A DNA stretch of 62,344 nucleotides from Candidatus Stahliibacteriota bacterium (lineage in GTDB: Bacteria > Hydrothermota > Tepidihabitantia > SM23-42): positions 1 through 62,344 of the forward strand of contig JAUWCU010000004.1 of assembly GCA_030609135.1 (NCBI GenBank). The letters are read 5' to 3'. This document shows, piece by piece, positions 6,430-14,397 of this stretch. How positions within the stretch are numbered: the first letter of the stretch is position 1; the number at the start of each line of letters is the position of its first letter. Below the pieces are notes generated by a model. The model was not told where the DNA came from, ran no database searches, and saw only the letters and a list, made by a program, of their open reading frames with translations. The translations under genes were made by a program, and so were the position numbers.

Positions 6430-7701
6430 ATGCCTGAGATGAAAGCATTCAAAGGAATAAGATATAACCTTGAGAAACTGCCTGATCTAACTGATGTTAT
6501 TTGTCAACCTTATGATCAAGTAACAAACAAAATGGAGCGCGCATACAAAAACCAAAGCCCGTACAATTTCATTCGTCTCGTCCTCACCAAATACTCTGAA
6601 GGACATAATCGCCAGCGGGAGTACCGGGATGCGAAAAGACATGCAGAGACATGGTTAAAAGAAGAAATATTCAAGAGTGACGATAAAGAGACGATATACC
6701 CTTATTGGCAAGAGTTTACAGTTAATAAAACGGAATATATAAGGAAAGGTTTTATCTGTTTGGTCAGACTTGAGGAATTAGGCAAAGGCAATATATTCCC
6801 TCACGAAAGGACGCTTTCAAAACCAAAAGCAGATCGTCTAAACCTGCTGAACATCACGAAAAAGGACTTTGAACCAGTGTTCTTGCTTTATACGGACACC
6901 CAGAATCACGTGAATGGCTTGCTCGAAAAGTACTGCAAAGACAAACCTCTCGTCGAGGTCAAGGATAACAATAACGTAACTCATAAATTATGGCGAATCG
7001 ACAAAACCAAGCCAATTGAAGAAATTACTGAGTTCTTAAAATCATCGATTTTTGTAATTGCTGATGGGCATCACCGTTATGAAACTGCTTTCAACTACAG
7101 TAAGGAACTGGGCGACGTTGATAAAAACCATCCGGCAAATTTCAAGATGATCGCCCTCATCAATATCGAAGACCCGGGTTTAGTCATTTTGCCGACGCAC
7201 CGGCTCATTAGAAATCTTGGCGACTTTAGTTTGGGCAGCTTTCTTGAAAAAACGGAGAAATACTTTGATATAAAAAAAACCGACAAAGATAATATCCTCC
7301 ATGATCTGGCAGAAATGAAATCTAAGGCTTTTGGTTTTTATAGCTCGCAAACTGCCTACATCCTAACCTTAAAGTCAAAAAAATGCATGAAGGAATTACT
7401 GGCTGACCGTAGTAAGGAATACTGTGATCTGGATGTCGCAATACTCCACACCCTGTTGATCGAAGATGTCCTTGATATAAATCCCGAGAAGATAGAAGAA
7501 CACGTGCGCTATGAACGAAGTGCGCAGGACGCTATGAGACGGGTTGATATTGGTGCCTTTCAGTTCTGTTTTTTCTTAAACCCCACGCGCTCTGAGCAAG
7601 TAAAAAAAATCGCCGAGAACAAGGAACGAATGCCTCAGAAATCAACTGACTTTTACCCCAAACTCATTTCCGGGCTGGTTTTCTATGATGTAGAAAAATA
7701 G
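6430..7701 (+). CDS. DUF1015 family protein
   Basis: 423 aa with the signature VIADGHHRYETA and overall DUF1015-like length. SD GAAGGAG. Confidence 0.8.
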   Translation: MPEMKAFKGIRYNLEKLPDLTDVICQPYDQVTNKMERAYKNQSPYNFIRLVLTKYSEGHNRQREYRDAKRHAETWLKEEIFKSDDKETIYPYWQEFTVNKTEYIRKGFICLVRLEELGKGNIFPHERTLSKPKADRLNLLNITKKDFEPVFLLYTDTQNHVNGLLEKYCKDKPLVEVKDNNNVTHKLWRIDKTKPIEEITEFLKSSIFVIADGHHRYETAFNYSKELGDVDKNHPANFKMIALINIEDPGLVILPTHRLIRNLGDFSLGSFLEKTEKYFDIKKTDKDNILHDLAEMKSKAFGFYSSQTAYILTLKSKKCMKELLADRSKEYCDLDVAILHTLLIEDVLDINPEKIEEHVRYERSAQDAMRRVDIGAFQFCFFLNPTRSEQVKKIAENKERMPQKSTDFYPKLISGLVFYDVEK

Positions 7702-7797
7702 GAATGACTCCATCAAATATGTTGTAGAACGCAAATGCCCGGTAAACCGAGCCGGATGTTTGATGTACAAAAAGTAGAAAATTGACACGTCCACTAA

Positions 7798-10700
7798 ATG
7801 GCTGACAAAATCAATAACCGAAAACATGGGATTAAGCCATCCGGTTTTTTTGAATTACCTTTTATTGGTCGTAGAAAAGAACAAGAAATTTTAAAAGCCA
7901 AATTTAACTCGGCTCTGGAATATCAAGGAAGCTGTCTACTTATCACGGGTGAACCAGGCATAGGAAAAACAAGACTCATTAATGAATTCACGCTCGAAAA
8001 AACTAAAGACTCGATAATCATCAATATTAGAGTAAAGCCGCATATATCCCAAGCAAGAGAGTTGTTTGCTGAAATTATTAAATATTATTTAAACAAGACC
8101 CCCAATATTGTAAGAACTATTACCCGTATTATTAACAAAAAAATATACAATGAGTTTGCTGAGATGATTCCCGAGCTAAAAACCTATTATCCTTATGAGC
8201 CTAAAATAATAAGTGATGATAGAACTCGTATAAATATGAATGAAATTTTCTATCAGTTCATGGCTAATCTATCTAATTTTGCTCCGGTAATTTTAATTAT
8301 TGAGAATATCCACGAATCTGGCTCTGATTTCCTTGCCATGCTACAATATTTTCTTCAAAATTCAGAATCCTTGCCCATTTTATGTATTCTAACATCACGA
8401 CAAAATCTAAAGATTACAAAGTGGTACGACGGCGTCAATTTGAAACATGTTGAAAAAATAATAATGAGTGGATTGAAAGAAGAGGATATCCGAGAACTGA
8501 ATAATTTACTATTGGGCAATGACCTCGATGAATCTTTTTTTGTATGGCTCAGCAATCGGACAAAAGGAATTCCATTATTTATAAAAGAATTCTTGTATGC
8601 ATTATTTGAAAAAGGCATAATATTTTTTGACAACAAAGATACTAAATGGAAGACAATAGAAGCATATTCCCGTATTATTGTCCCCGAGACAATTACTGAA
8701 ACGATAAAGACGAGGCTTAACAGATTTGCCAATAAAGAAAGGCAACTTTTAAAGTATGCCTCAGTGATTGGTGAAGAATTCAATCCGTCCTTATCGATTT
8801 TTAAACGCCCCAAAAAAATATTGCCAACGCTGTTAAAAACCGCCATTATAGTCAAAAGGGAATACAATTATGCATTTTCCCATCCTTTAATCAGAGATGT
8901 CATATATCAAGATATAGAAAAAGAGGAAAGGTTAAAACTCCATCGAATACTGGGTGAATATTTTTTTAAAAAGAACGACCGGATTAATGCTGCCAAACAT
9001 TATTTGCTCGCGGAAAATAAAAGTTTACAAATAATTAATTTATTATTAAAACTTGGTGAAGATTTCGGGAAATCAGGTAACAACCCTCGAGCCTTATCAT
9101 ATTTAGAAAAAGCCTTCAGCATGGCAAAATCAATGAGGAAAATCTCAGCTAGGAAGATGTTTGATATAATGTTCAATTACGCATCAAATTTATTACGTAT
9201 TGGTAAATTCAATAAAGTGATTGAGGTTTCAGAAGCAATTATCAAATTATTAAAAGGAAACCTGAAAATAATAAAAAAAGAAAAACTTGCAATGGCTTAT
9301 AGCACGTATGCACATTCGCTTGTTCGCACAGCAAGGTATGTAGAGGCGATTGAGGCCGCTAAAATAGGCATAGAATTAATCAAAAAAAACAAAACCATTA
9401 AGGCTGACAGCACCTTAATCGAGTTGGAAACAGATAGGGCATTTGCTTATAAATACCAATGGCAAACAGATAAAGCACTTAAACTGGGACTAAAAATCAG
9501 AAATCGCCTTGTTCAAACATCCAACCCATATCACTGGTATCAGGTATTGAATCTTTTAGGTTCAATATACAATGGCATGGATGATTATAAACGGGCAATC
9601 CAATTTCGTAAAAAAGCATTGGACTGCGCCGAAAAATTTCAAAGCGAACCTTTGATCGCTTCAGCAAAGGGTAATCTCGGCATTAGCCTTATGAATGCGG
9701 GAGAATTAAAAAATGGAGAAGAACTTCTGCTAAAACACCAGGAATATAGTATTAAAACAGGACGCATAAGAGAAGAAGCACTCTCTTATATAAATCTGGG
9801 TTGTTGTTATTTTTACCAGGGTTACCTAAATAAGGCAGAGCATGAGTATTTAAAAGGAATAAAAAAGTGCGAGAAATTTGAAATTAAAGCGGATTTAGTA
9901 TGGTTCTATAAATTTTATGGGATGTTGCTAATATTTAAAAATGATTATGAACAAGCAAATGAGTATATAGATAAGGGTATTATACTGGCAAAAAAGCTGA
10001 AGATTAAGAAATCACTATTTGAACTCTTGATTCATAAAGGACTATTGCTCTATCTGGCTGGTAAGCTAACAGATTTAAGCAAACTAATGAGAAACATCAA
10101 GAAGGAATTCGCGCTCGAGTTAAAAACACAACACGGAGAATATCTTATCCTCAAGGGATATCACACGCTTCTGCAGGGTAAACAAGAAAACGGACTGCAG
10201 GAAATTGAAACCGGAATGAACATCATGCTCGAACAAAAAGCCTACATTGACCTATTTAGTTTTCTGTACTTCAGTAGCCAGCAACTATTAAAACACAAAC
10301 ATACCGAGCTCAGGGCAAAAGAATATCTGAAAAAAGCGAATGAAATCGCGTTAAAATTCAATATGAAAGGCTGGCTTGATATATTCCAGCCGGGAGCAAA
10401 ACAAAGTAAATCCCAACCACTCAAAGTATTCTGTCTTGGTAAGCTGCGCATTGAAGTTCCCATACATAGGGAGGGTTTTAGCGACGAATGGCAATGGCAA
10501 AAACCAAGACAACTGTTTTCTGTCTTTATCATCAGCATACTCAGAAATGAACAATTGAACCGTGAAAAGATTGGTGCTTTACTTTGGCCTAACCTTGTTT
10601 CCTCAAAAATTACGAATAATTTCCATGTTTGTCTTTCTCAATTAAAAAAGGTTATTGGAAAAGAGTATCTTTTTTATAAAAGTGGAGTATACAAACTGAA

Positions 10701-11151
10701 AAATTTCTGGATAGATGCACTCAAATTCAAAGAGCTGATCCATAATGGTAAGGCAATGATCAATCAAGGAAAAATTCATTCAGCAGAGATTAAATTAAAA
10801 GAGGCAATAGGACTTTACAAAGGAAATTTTCTTGAAGATTCTTATGACTCATGGGTTGATGAAATAAGAAATGAATTACTGTCTTTATATAGAAGGGCAC
10901 TTTTAATGTTAGGAGAAATATATCTGAGAAAACTAAGATTTGATGAAGCAATAGAAATTGGAAAAAATATCCTGAATTTAGATCCATTTGATGAAGAGGG
11001 ACATAGATTTTTAATAACAAGTTATTCAATAAGTGGTGAAAAAGCAAAAGCAATAAATCAATATAAAAAATGTGCAGATTTATTTCAAAAGGAACTCAAT
11101 TGCTTACCTTCAGACCAAACGCAGAACCTGTACAAAGGGATTATTGAATAA
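7798..11151 (+). CDS. STAND-type AAA ATPase - TPR - winged-helix/BTAD (SARP-like) transcriptional regulator
   Basis: Walker A GEPGIGKTRL near the N-terminus and a long TPR-like middle region. The C-terminal 250 aa, LKVFCLGKLRIEV...ALLWPN...LSQLKKVIG...LDPFDEEGHRFLITSYSISGEKAKAINQYKKCADLFQKELNCLPSDQTQNLY, matches the SARP DNA-binding plus BTAD pattern. Confidence 0.75.
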   Translation: MADKINNRKHGIKPSGFFELPFIGRRKEQEILKAKFNSALEYQGSCLLITGEPGIGKTRLINEFTLEKTKDSIIINIRVKPHISQARELFAEIIKYYLNKTPNIVRTITRIINKKIYNEFAEMIPELKTYYPYEPKIISDDRTRINMNEIFYQFMANLSNFAPVILIIENIHESGSDFLAMLQYFLQNSESLPILCILTSRQNLKITKWYDGVNLKHVEKIIMSGLKEEDIRELNNLLLGNDLDESFFVWLSNRTKGIPLFIKEFLYALFEKGIIFFDNKDTKWKTIEAYSRIIVPETITETIKTRLNRFANKERQLLKYASVIGEEFNPSLSIFKRPKKILPTLLKTAIIVKREYNYAFSHPLIRDVIYQDIEKEERLKLHRILGEYFFKKNDRINAAKHYLLAENKSLQIINLLLKLGEDFGKSGNNPRALSYLEKAFSMAKSMRKISARKMFDIMFNYASNLLRIGKFNKVIEVSEAIIKLLKGNLKIIKKEKLAMAYSTYAHSLVRTARYVEAIEAAKIGIELIKKNKTIKADSTLIELETDRAFAYKYQWQTDKALKLGLKIRNRLVQTSNPYHWYQVLNLLGSIYNGMDDYKRAIQFRKKALDCAEKFQSEPLIASAKGNLGISLMNAGELKNGEELLLKHQEYSIKTGRIREEALSYINLGCCYFYQGYLNKAEHEYLKGIKKCEKFEIKADLVWFYKFYGMLLIFKNDYEQANEYIDKGIILAKKLKIKKSLFELLIHKGLLLYLAGKLTDLSKLMRNIKKEFALELKTQHGEYLILKGYHTLLQGKQENGLQEIETGMNIMLEQKAYIDLFSFLYFSSQQLLKHKHTELRAKEYLKKANEIALKFNMKGWLDIFQPGAKQSKSQPLKVFCLGKLRIEVPIHREGFSDEWQWQKPRQLFSVFIISILRNEQLNREKIGALLWPNLVSSKITNNFHVCLSQLKKVIGKEYLFYKSGVYKLKNFWIDALKFKELIHNGKAMINQGKIHSAEIKLKEAIGLYKGNFLEDSYDSWVDEIRNELLSLYRRALLMLGEIYLRKLRFDEAIEIGKNILNLDPFDEEGHRFLITSYSISGEKAKAINQYKKCADLFQKELNCLPSDQTQNLYKGIIE

Positions 11152-11157
11152 CAGATC

Positions 11158-11314
11158 GTAGTCGCTCGATTTATCCCGCTTCGTATTATAATTCTATAAA
11201 TAGGATTGCGGGATTTATCGAGCATTAAACCCACCAATTACCTTTTCCGATAAATCGGATGACTACAAATATAAACATTTAACCATTGCCTTTTCTGATA
11301 AATCAGACAACTAC
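11158..11314. repeat. REP cluster B: one split REP (11158-11223 +) and two REPs (11246-11266 -, 11294-11314 -)
   Basis: GTAGTCGCTCGATTTATC[36-bp insert]GATTTATCGAGC, TCCGATAAATCGGATGACTAC and TCTGATAAATCAGACAACTAC. The last two each carry the same 26-nt linker seen in the 48-bp units at 28148. Confidence 0.85.
11176..11211. mobile_element. 36-bp insert inside a REP hairpin loop, flanked by an 8-bp direct repeat GATTTATC
   Basis: ccgcttcgtattataattctataaataggattgcgg lies between GATTTATC (11168-11175) and GATTTATC (11212-11219). An identical copy sits at 28097-28132. Confidence 0.5.
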
Positions 11315-11371
11315 AAGCCCTCTGATTCGTCTATTTAATAGTTTCCCTAATAGTTTATATTATAATAGTGC

Positions 11372-11590
11372 GTGGAAAAAGTCCTGGGAATCTGCCCAAA
11401 GTGTGGGTTTGTCTCATTGAACAAGAAGGAGAAATTCTGCCCAAACTGCGGCGAAAGTCTTATAACAGAATGTCCTAATTGTGGTACGCAAATTAACCAT
11501 CCTCTGGCTCGATACTGTCCGGTCTGTGGTATGGAATACTCCCAATACTTAAAAAAGAAACAAGCGAAGCAACAAGGAAAAAAGGACTGA
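11372..11590 (+). CDS. double zinc-ribbon small protein
   Basis: Four CxxC pairs (CPKCG, CPNCG, CPNCG, CPVCG) and a basic tail. GTG start 5 nt after a TATAAT at 11361-11366. No SD. Confidence 0.5.
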   Translation: MEKVLGICPKCGFVSLNKKEKFCPNCGESLITECPNCGTQINHPLARYCPVCGMEYSQYLKKKQAKQQGKKD

Positions 11591-11824
11591 AATTGAACCA
11601 ATATACCAAGAATTACCTATTGACATCTGTAATTTTATTATTATTATTACAAGTACTGTTAGTATATAGGGAAGGAGGTGATATTAGTAAAAAAGATAAG
11701 AAGAAAAAAATGGAAAGATAGATGATAGATTAACCTATAACCCCGCGTTTTCATACGAAAAAGCGGGATACTGAATTTTGTAACCAAACTAAAATTTGGG
11801 CAAAATTCGCAAAAGGAGAAAAAA

Positions 11825-13627
11825 ATGAAAAAATTTGCAACAGTGTTTACATTACTCGGTATTGTCATTGCACTCAATGCATCGGGCATACTGATGGATC
11901 CGTATTCGACTTTTCAGTCAAGCGGTTCACATACCTATAATTCTGCCGCTGAGAACTTACCCGATATGAGGATTGCACCAGCTGTGGGTGTAGAAAATAA
12001 TCCCTTTTACTACGGTCTTACAATACTCACACTCGAAGAAAAACAAAATGCCAGCATAGGAATTGAATTCATGATGCCAGTTTCAGCGGATGTAGAAAAG
12101 TTCGCACAGGAAATTGAACAAAAATGGAACAGTGGATATTTTGATGAAGCACTTGCACTCTTTGCTGAACTCAATCAGATGGAAGGTGTTAAAGGTAACG
12201 CTCTTATCGGTATATCGTGGAGAATTCCTATACCTGCTCCAGTTTCGGATTGGGCAGATGATGTGCAGATAAGTGCAAGAGACAGTGTTTTTGTGCTTGC
12301 AATGGACCATTCTTTTACTAATGACAACCTATTTGCAGTGATTGGGTTCACTGGTGACGGCGTGGCGAGCCGATGGACAGTGAATTTCTCTAGTGATGGC
12401 GGCGCTACCTGGGCAGAGACCTTCGCGCTAGGTGGCTTTACCTATGTGATGAACGATTTGGATGGGTGTGTTGTTGACGGTCACTTCCATGTGCTCTATA
12501 CTGGCGGTACTAGCGGAAGTCCAAATACAATGACATGGCACATGCGTTTTGATGCAGCAGACGGACAACAAGTTACATTACCCAACGGTTCATATAGCTA
12601 CAATATTTTCAATGCCAGCGGAATTGAGGATGTGGATTTCTCAAGCAACCATGAGCAATTTAATAATAGGCTATATTTCTATTGCATTGATGATGCTGGA
12701 ACCATCCACAACTACTGGAATAATCCAACCAATGTAAACTGGGCAGGAATCGCCACTAACATCAACGATGCACAACAGGGTCTTGATACTGACTGGAATC
12801 TGGATTACTCAACGCATTCTTCTATTCTCTCATATATAAACAATGTAGACCAGGTTAAAATATATGGAAGAGATGGTAATACATGGGATCTTCTCGTTAC
12901 TTATGGTATACTCAACACGCCTTTCGACGATTTTACAACTGGTATTGGTGGCTACAACGATACGCTTTTCTGTGCTTTCAGTTATGACGGAGCATACATG
13001 CAGGTGCGCTACCTTGTTCAGTATGGTGATGGTGGTTCCTGGTATTTTGGATTTCTTGCACCTGATACCATGGAAAGTAACTGGACCCCGGACATAACCC
13101 TACGAGGTGGTGGAGGAACACACGGTGTTTATCGTGGTCCGAGCATTGCGGCAGGCTATTATCGGTACCGTGGGTATGCTGGCGCATGGTCAACACCAGA
13201 ACAGTTTAATAATTATAATATGTCAGGTGAAGTTAAACCGCAGATTGAGTATGTGGGTTCGAGTGCATATGGTATACTTTACAGAACTCCTATTTATAAC
13301 AATGGAATCTGCTATTTTGATAGAAGCGACTGGGAGCCCGGCATAGAAGAAACATCGCAAGACGCAACTGATAGCTTTATCAGCCTGGCGCCAAATCCGT
13401 CCAAAGGAATTGCAAAACTCTCGTATGTCGTGACTAACCAGGGTCATGTCAACATATCACTATTTGATGCTGCTGGTAGAGTTGTCCAAACTTTGGTCAA
13501 TGAGAGCAAACCAGCTGGTGATTACTCGATTACCATGAATAATGATAATCTCGCATCAGGTATCTACTTTGTGCGTGTTGAAACACCCGATGGTGTGAAT
13601 ACGAAACCGATGACGATCGTCAGGTAA
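11825..13627 (+). CDS. secreted protein with an Asp-box (BNR) motif and a T9SS C-terminal sorting domain
   Basis: Signal peptide MKKFATVFTLLGIVIALNA, Asp-box SSDGGATW, and C-terminal domain LAPNPSKGIAKLSY...LASGIYFVRVETPDGVNTKPMTIVR. SD AAAGGAG. Confidence 0.75.
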   Translation: MKKFATVFTLLGIVIALNASGILMDPYSTFQSSGSHTYNSAAENLPDMRIAPAVGVENNPFYYGLTILTLEEKQNASIGIEFMMPVSADVEKFAQEIEQKWNSGYFDEALALFAELNQMEGVKGNALIGISWRIPIPAPVSDWADDVQISARDSVFVLAMDHSFTNDNLFAVIGFTGDGVASRWTVNFSSDGGATWAETFALGGFTYVMNDLDGCVVDGHFHVLYTGGTSGSPNTMTWHMRFDAADGQQVTLPNGSYSYNIFNASGIEDVDFSSNHEQFNNRLYFYCIDDAGTIHNYWNNPTNVNWAGIATNINDAQQGLDTDWNLDYSTHSSILSYINNVDQVKIYGRDGNTWDLLVTYGILNTPFDDFTTGIGGYNDTLFCAFSYDGAYMQVRYLVQYGDGGSWYFGFLAPDTMESNWTPDITLRGGGGTHGVYRGPSIAAGYYRYRGYAGAWSTPEQFNNYNMSGEVKPQIEYVGSSAYGILYRTPIYNNGICYFDRSDWEPGIEETSQDATDSFISLAPNPSKGIAKLSYVVTNQGHVNISLFDAAGRVVQTLVNESKPAGDYSITMNNDNLASGIYFVRVETPDGVNTKPMTIVR

Positions 13628-13641
13628 GAGAAAAAACAGTA

Positions 13642-13669
13642 GAGCGTAATGCGTAAAGCGTATTGCGCA
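13642..13669. repeat. heptamer array (NNGCGTA)x4
   Basis: gagcgta atgcgta aagcgta ttgcgca. The same kind of array occurs at 28317-28344 and, in reverse complement, near 58790. Confidence 0.65.
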
Positions 13670-13680
13670 AAAAGTGAGAA

Positions 13681-13707
13681 GGGGACGGTGTTGCCGTCCC
13701 CTTTTTG
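13681..13707 (+). terminator. rho-independent terminator of the 11825-13627 gene
   Basis: GGGGACGG-tgtt-CCGTCCCC followed by TTTTTG. It runs directly into a REP. Confidence 0.75.
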
Positions 13708-13883
13708 TTTGATAAATCACCTGTCTGCCTCAGGCAGAGACAACTACAAAATCACGTTTCCCCTGTAGTCGCCCAATTCATTGGGCTATGTTTGATAAAT
13801 CAAACAACTACAAACCCATACCTGTAGTTGCCCGATTTATCGGGCTGTAAACCATTGCCTATTCCGATAAATCGGATGACTAC
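13708..13883. repeat. REP cluster C: 5 REPs downstream of the RAYT gene
   Basis: Copies are 13708-13747 (-, variant with a TCTGCCTCAGGCAGA hairpin), 13765-13786 (+), 13791-13811 (-), 13824-13845 (+) and 13863-13883 (-). Confidence 0.85.
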
Positions 13884-14296
13884 AAATAAAACTGTGTAAA
13901 TTCTATTCTCTCTGCCAATGGATTATTTATAATATATTCGCGTATTTTACCTAATGCTTTCTCATTCCTAATAACATGTTCATAATAATTTGGCTGCCAG
14001 AGCTTAATACCTGATTGCTTGCTGGTTACCGCTTTCAATCGTCTAACAACCTCTCCTAGTTTGAATTCGCACTGTTCCAAAATCAATATCAAATGAATAT
14101 GTGTAGGCATTAATACATAGTAACCTGCGCTGACTCCTTTTATTCTTGTTGATATATGCTCAATAAATTGAGCAACTACATCCCGATTTTTTCCCACTAT
14201 ATATGGTCGGCGATAATAAGTACAGACGGTGATAAAGTAATAACCATTTGATGTGTAGTTGTAGTTCTTCAAACGGAGTTCTTTTTTTCTTTTCAT
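13880..14296 (-). CDS. rayT: REP-associated tyrosine transposase (RAYT, IS200/IS605-like Y1 HUH transposase)
   Basis: HUH motif PTHIHLIL and the catalytic-Tyr region LWQPNYYEHVIRNE...YIINNP. 138 aa. The TAG stop (13880-13882) lies inside the GTAG head of the REP at 13863-13883. Confidence 0.9.
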   Translation of the reverse strand: MKRKKELRLKNYNYTSNGYYFITVCTYYRRPYIVGKNRDVVAQFIEHISTRIKGVSAGYYVLMPTHIHLILILEQCEFKLGEVVRRLKAVTSKQSGIKLWQPNYYEHVIRNEKALGKIREYIINNPLAERIEFTQFYL

Positions 14297-14317
14297 GATT
14301 TTTATTTTCTTAACATG

Positions 14318-14397
14318 TTTGATAAATCAAACAACTACAAACCCATACCTGTAGTCGCTCGATTCATTGGGCTGTGTCTGATAAATCAAACAACTAC
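14318..14397. repeat. REP cluster D: 3 REPs upstream of the RAYT gene
   Basis: Copies are 14318-14338 (-), 14351-14372 (+) and 14377-14397 (-). The head of the last copy (CTAC at 14394-14397) contains the moxR stop codon. Confidence 0.85.

Larger units (their letters stand above)
13708..14397 (-). mobile_element. REPtron: RAYT gene flanked on both sides by REP doublets
   Basis: The doublet TTTGATAAATCAAACAACTAC-aaacccatacct-GTAGT(C/T)GC..GGGC is repeated directly at 13791-13845 and 14318-14372, bracketing the transposase gene. Confidence 0.8.

Noticed and set aside
8355-8867. A 170-aa minus-strand ORF inside the regulator gene. Similar shadow ORFs occur at 21578-22099, 23089-23502, 49658-50113, 56125-56490 and 60324-62288.
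   Set aside because: All lie antisense to CDSs with clear family signatures. None has an SD or promoter, and their compositions are atypical.
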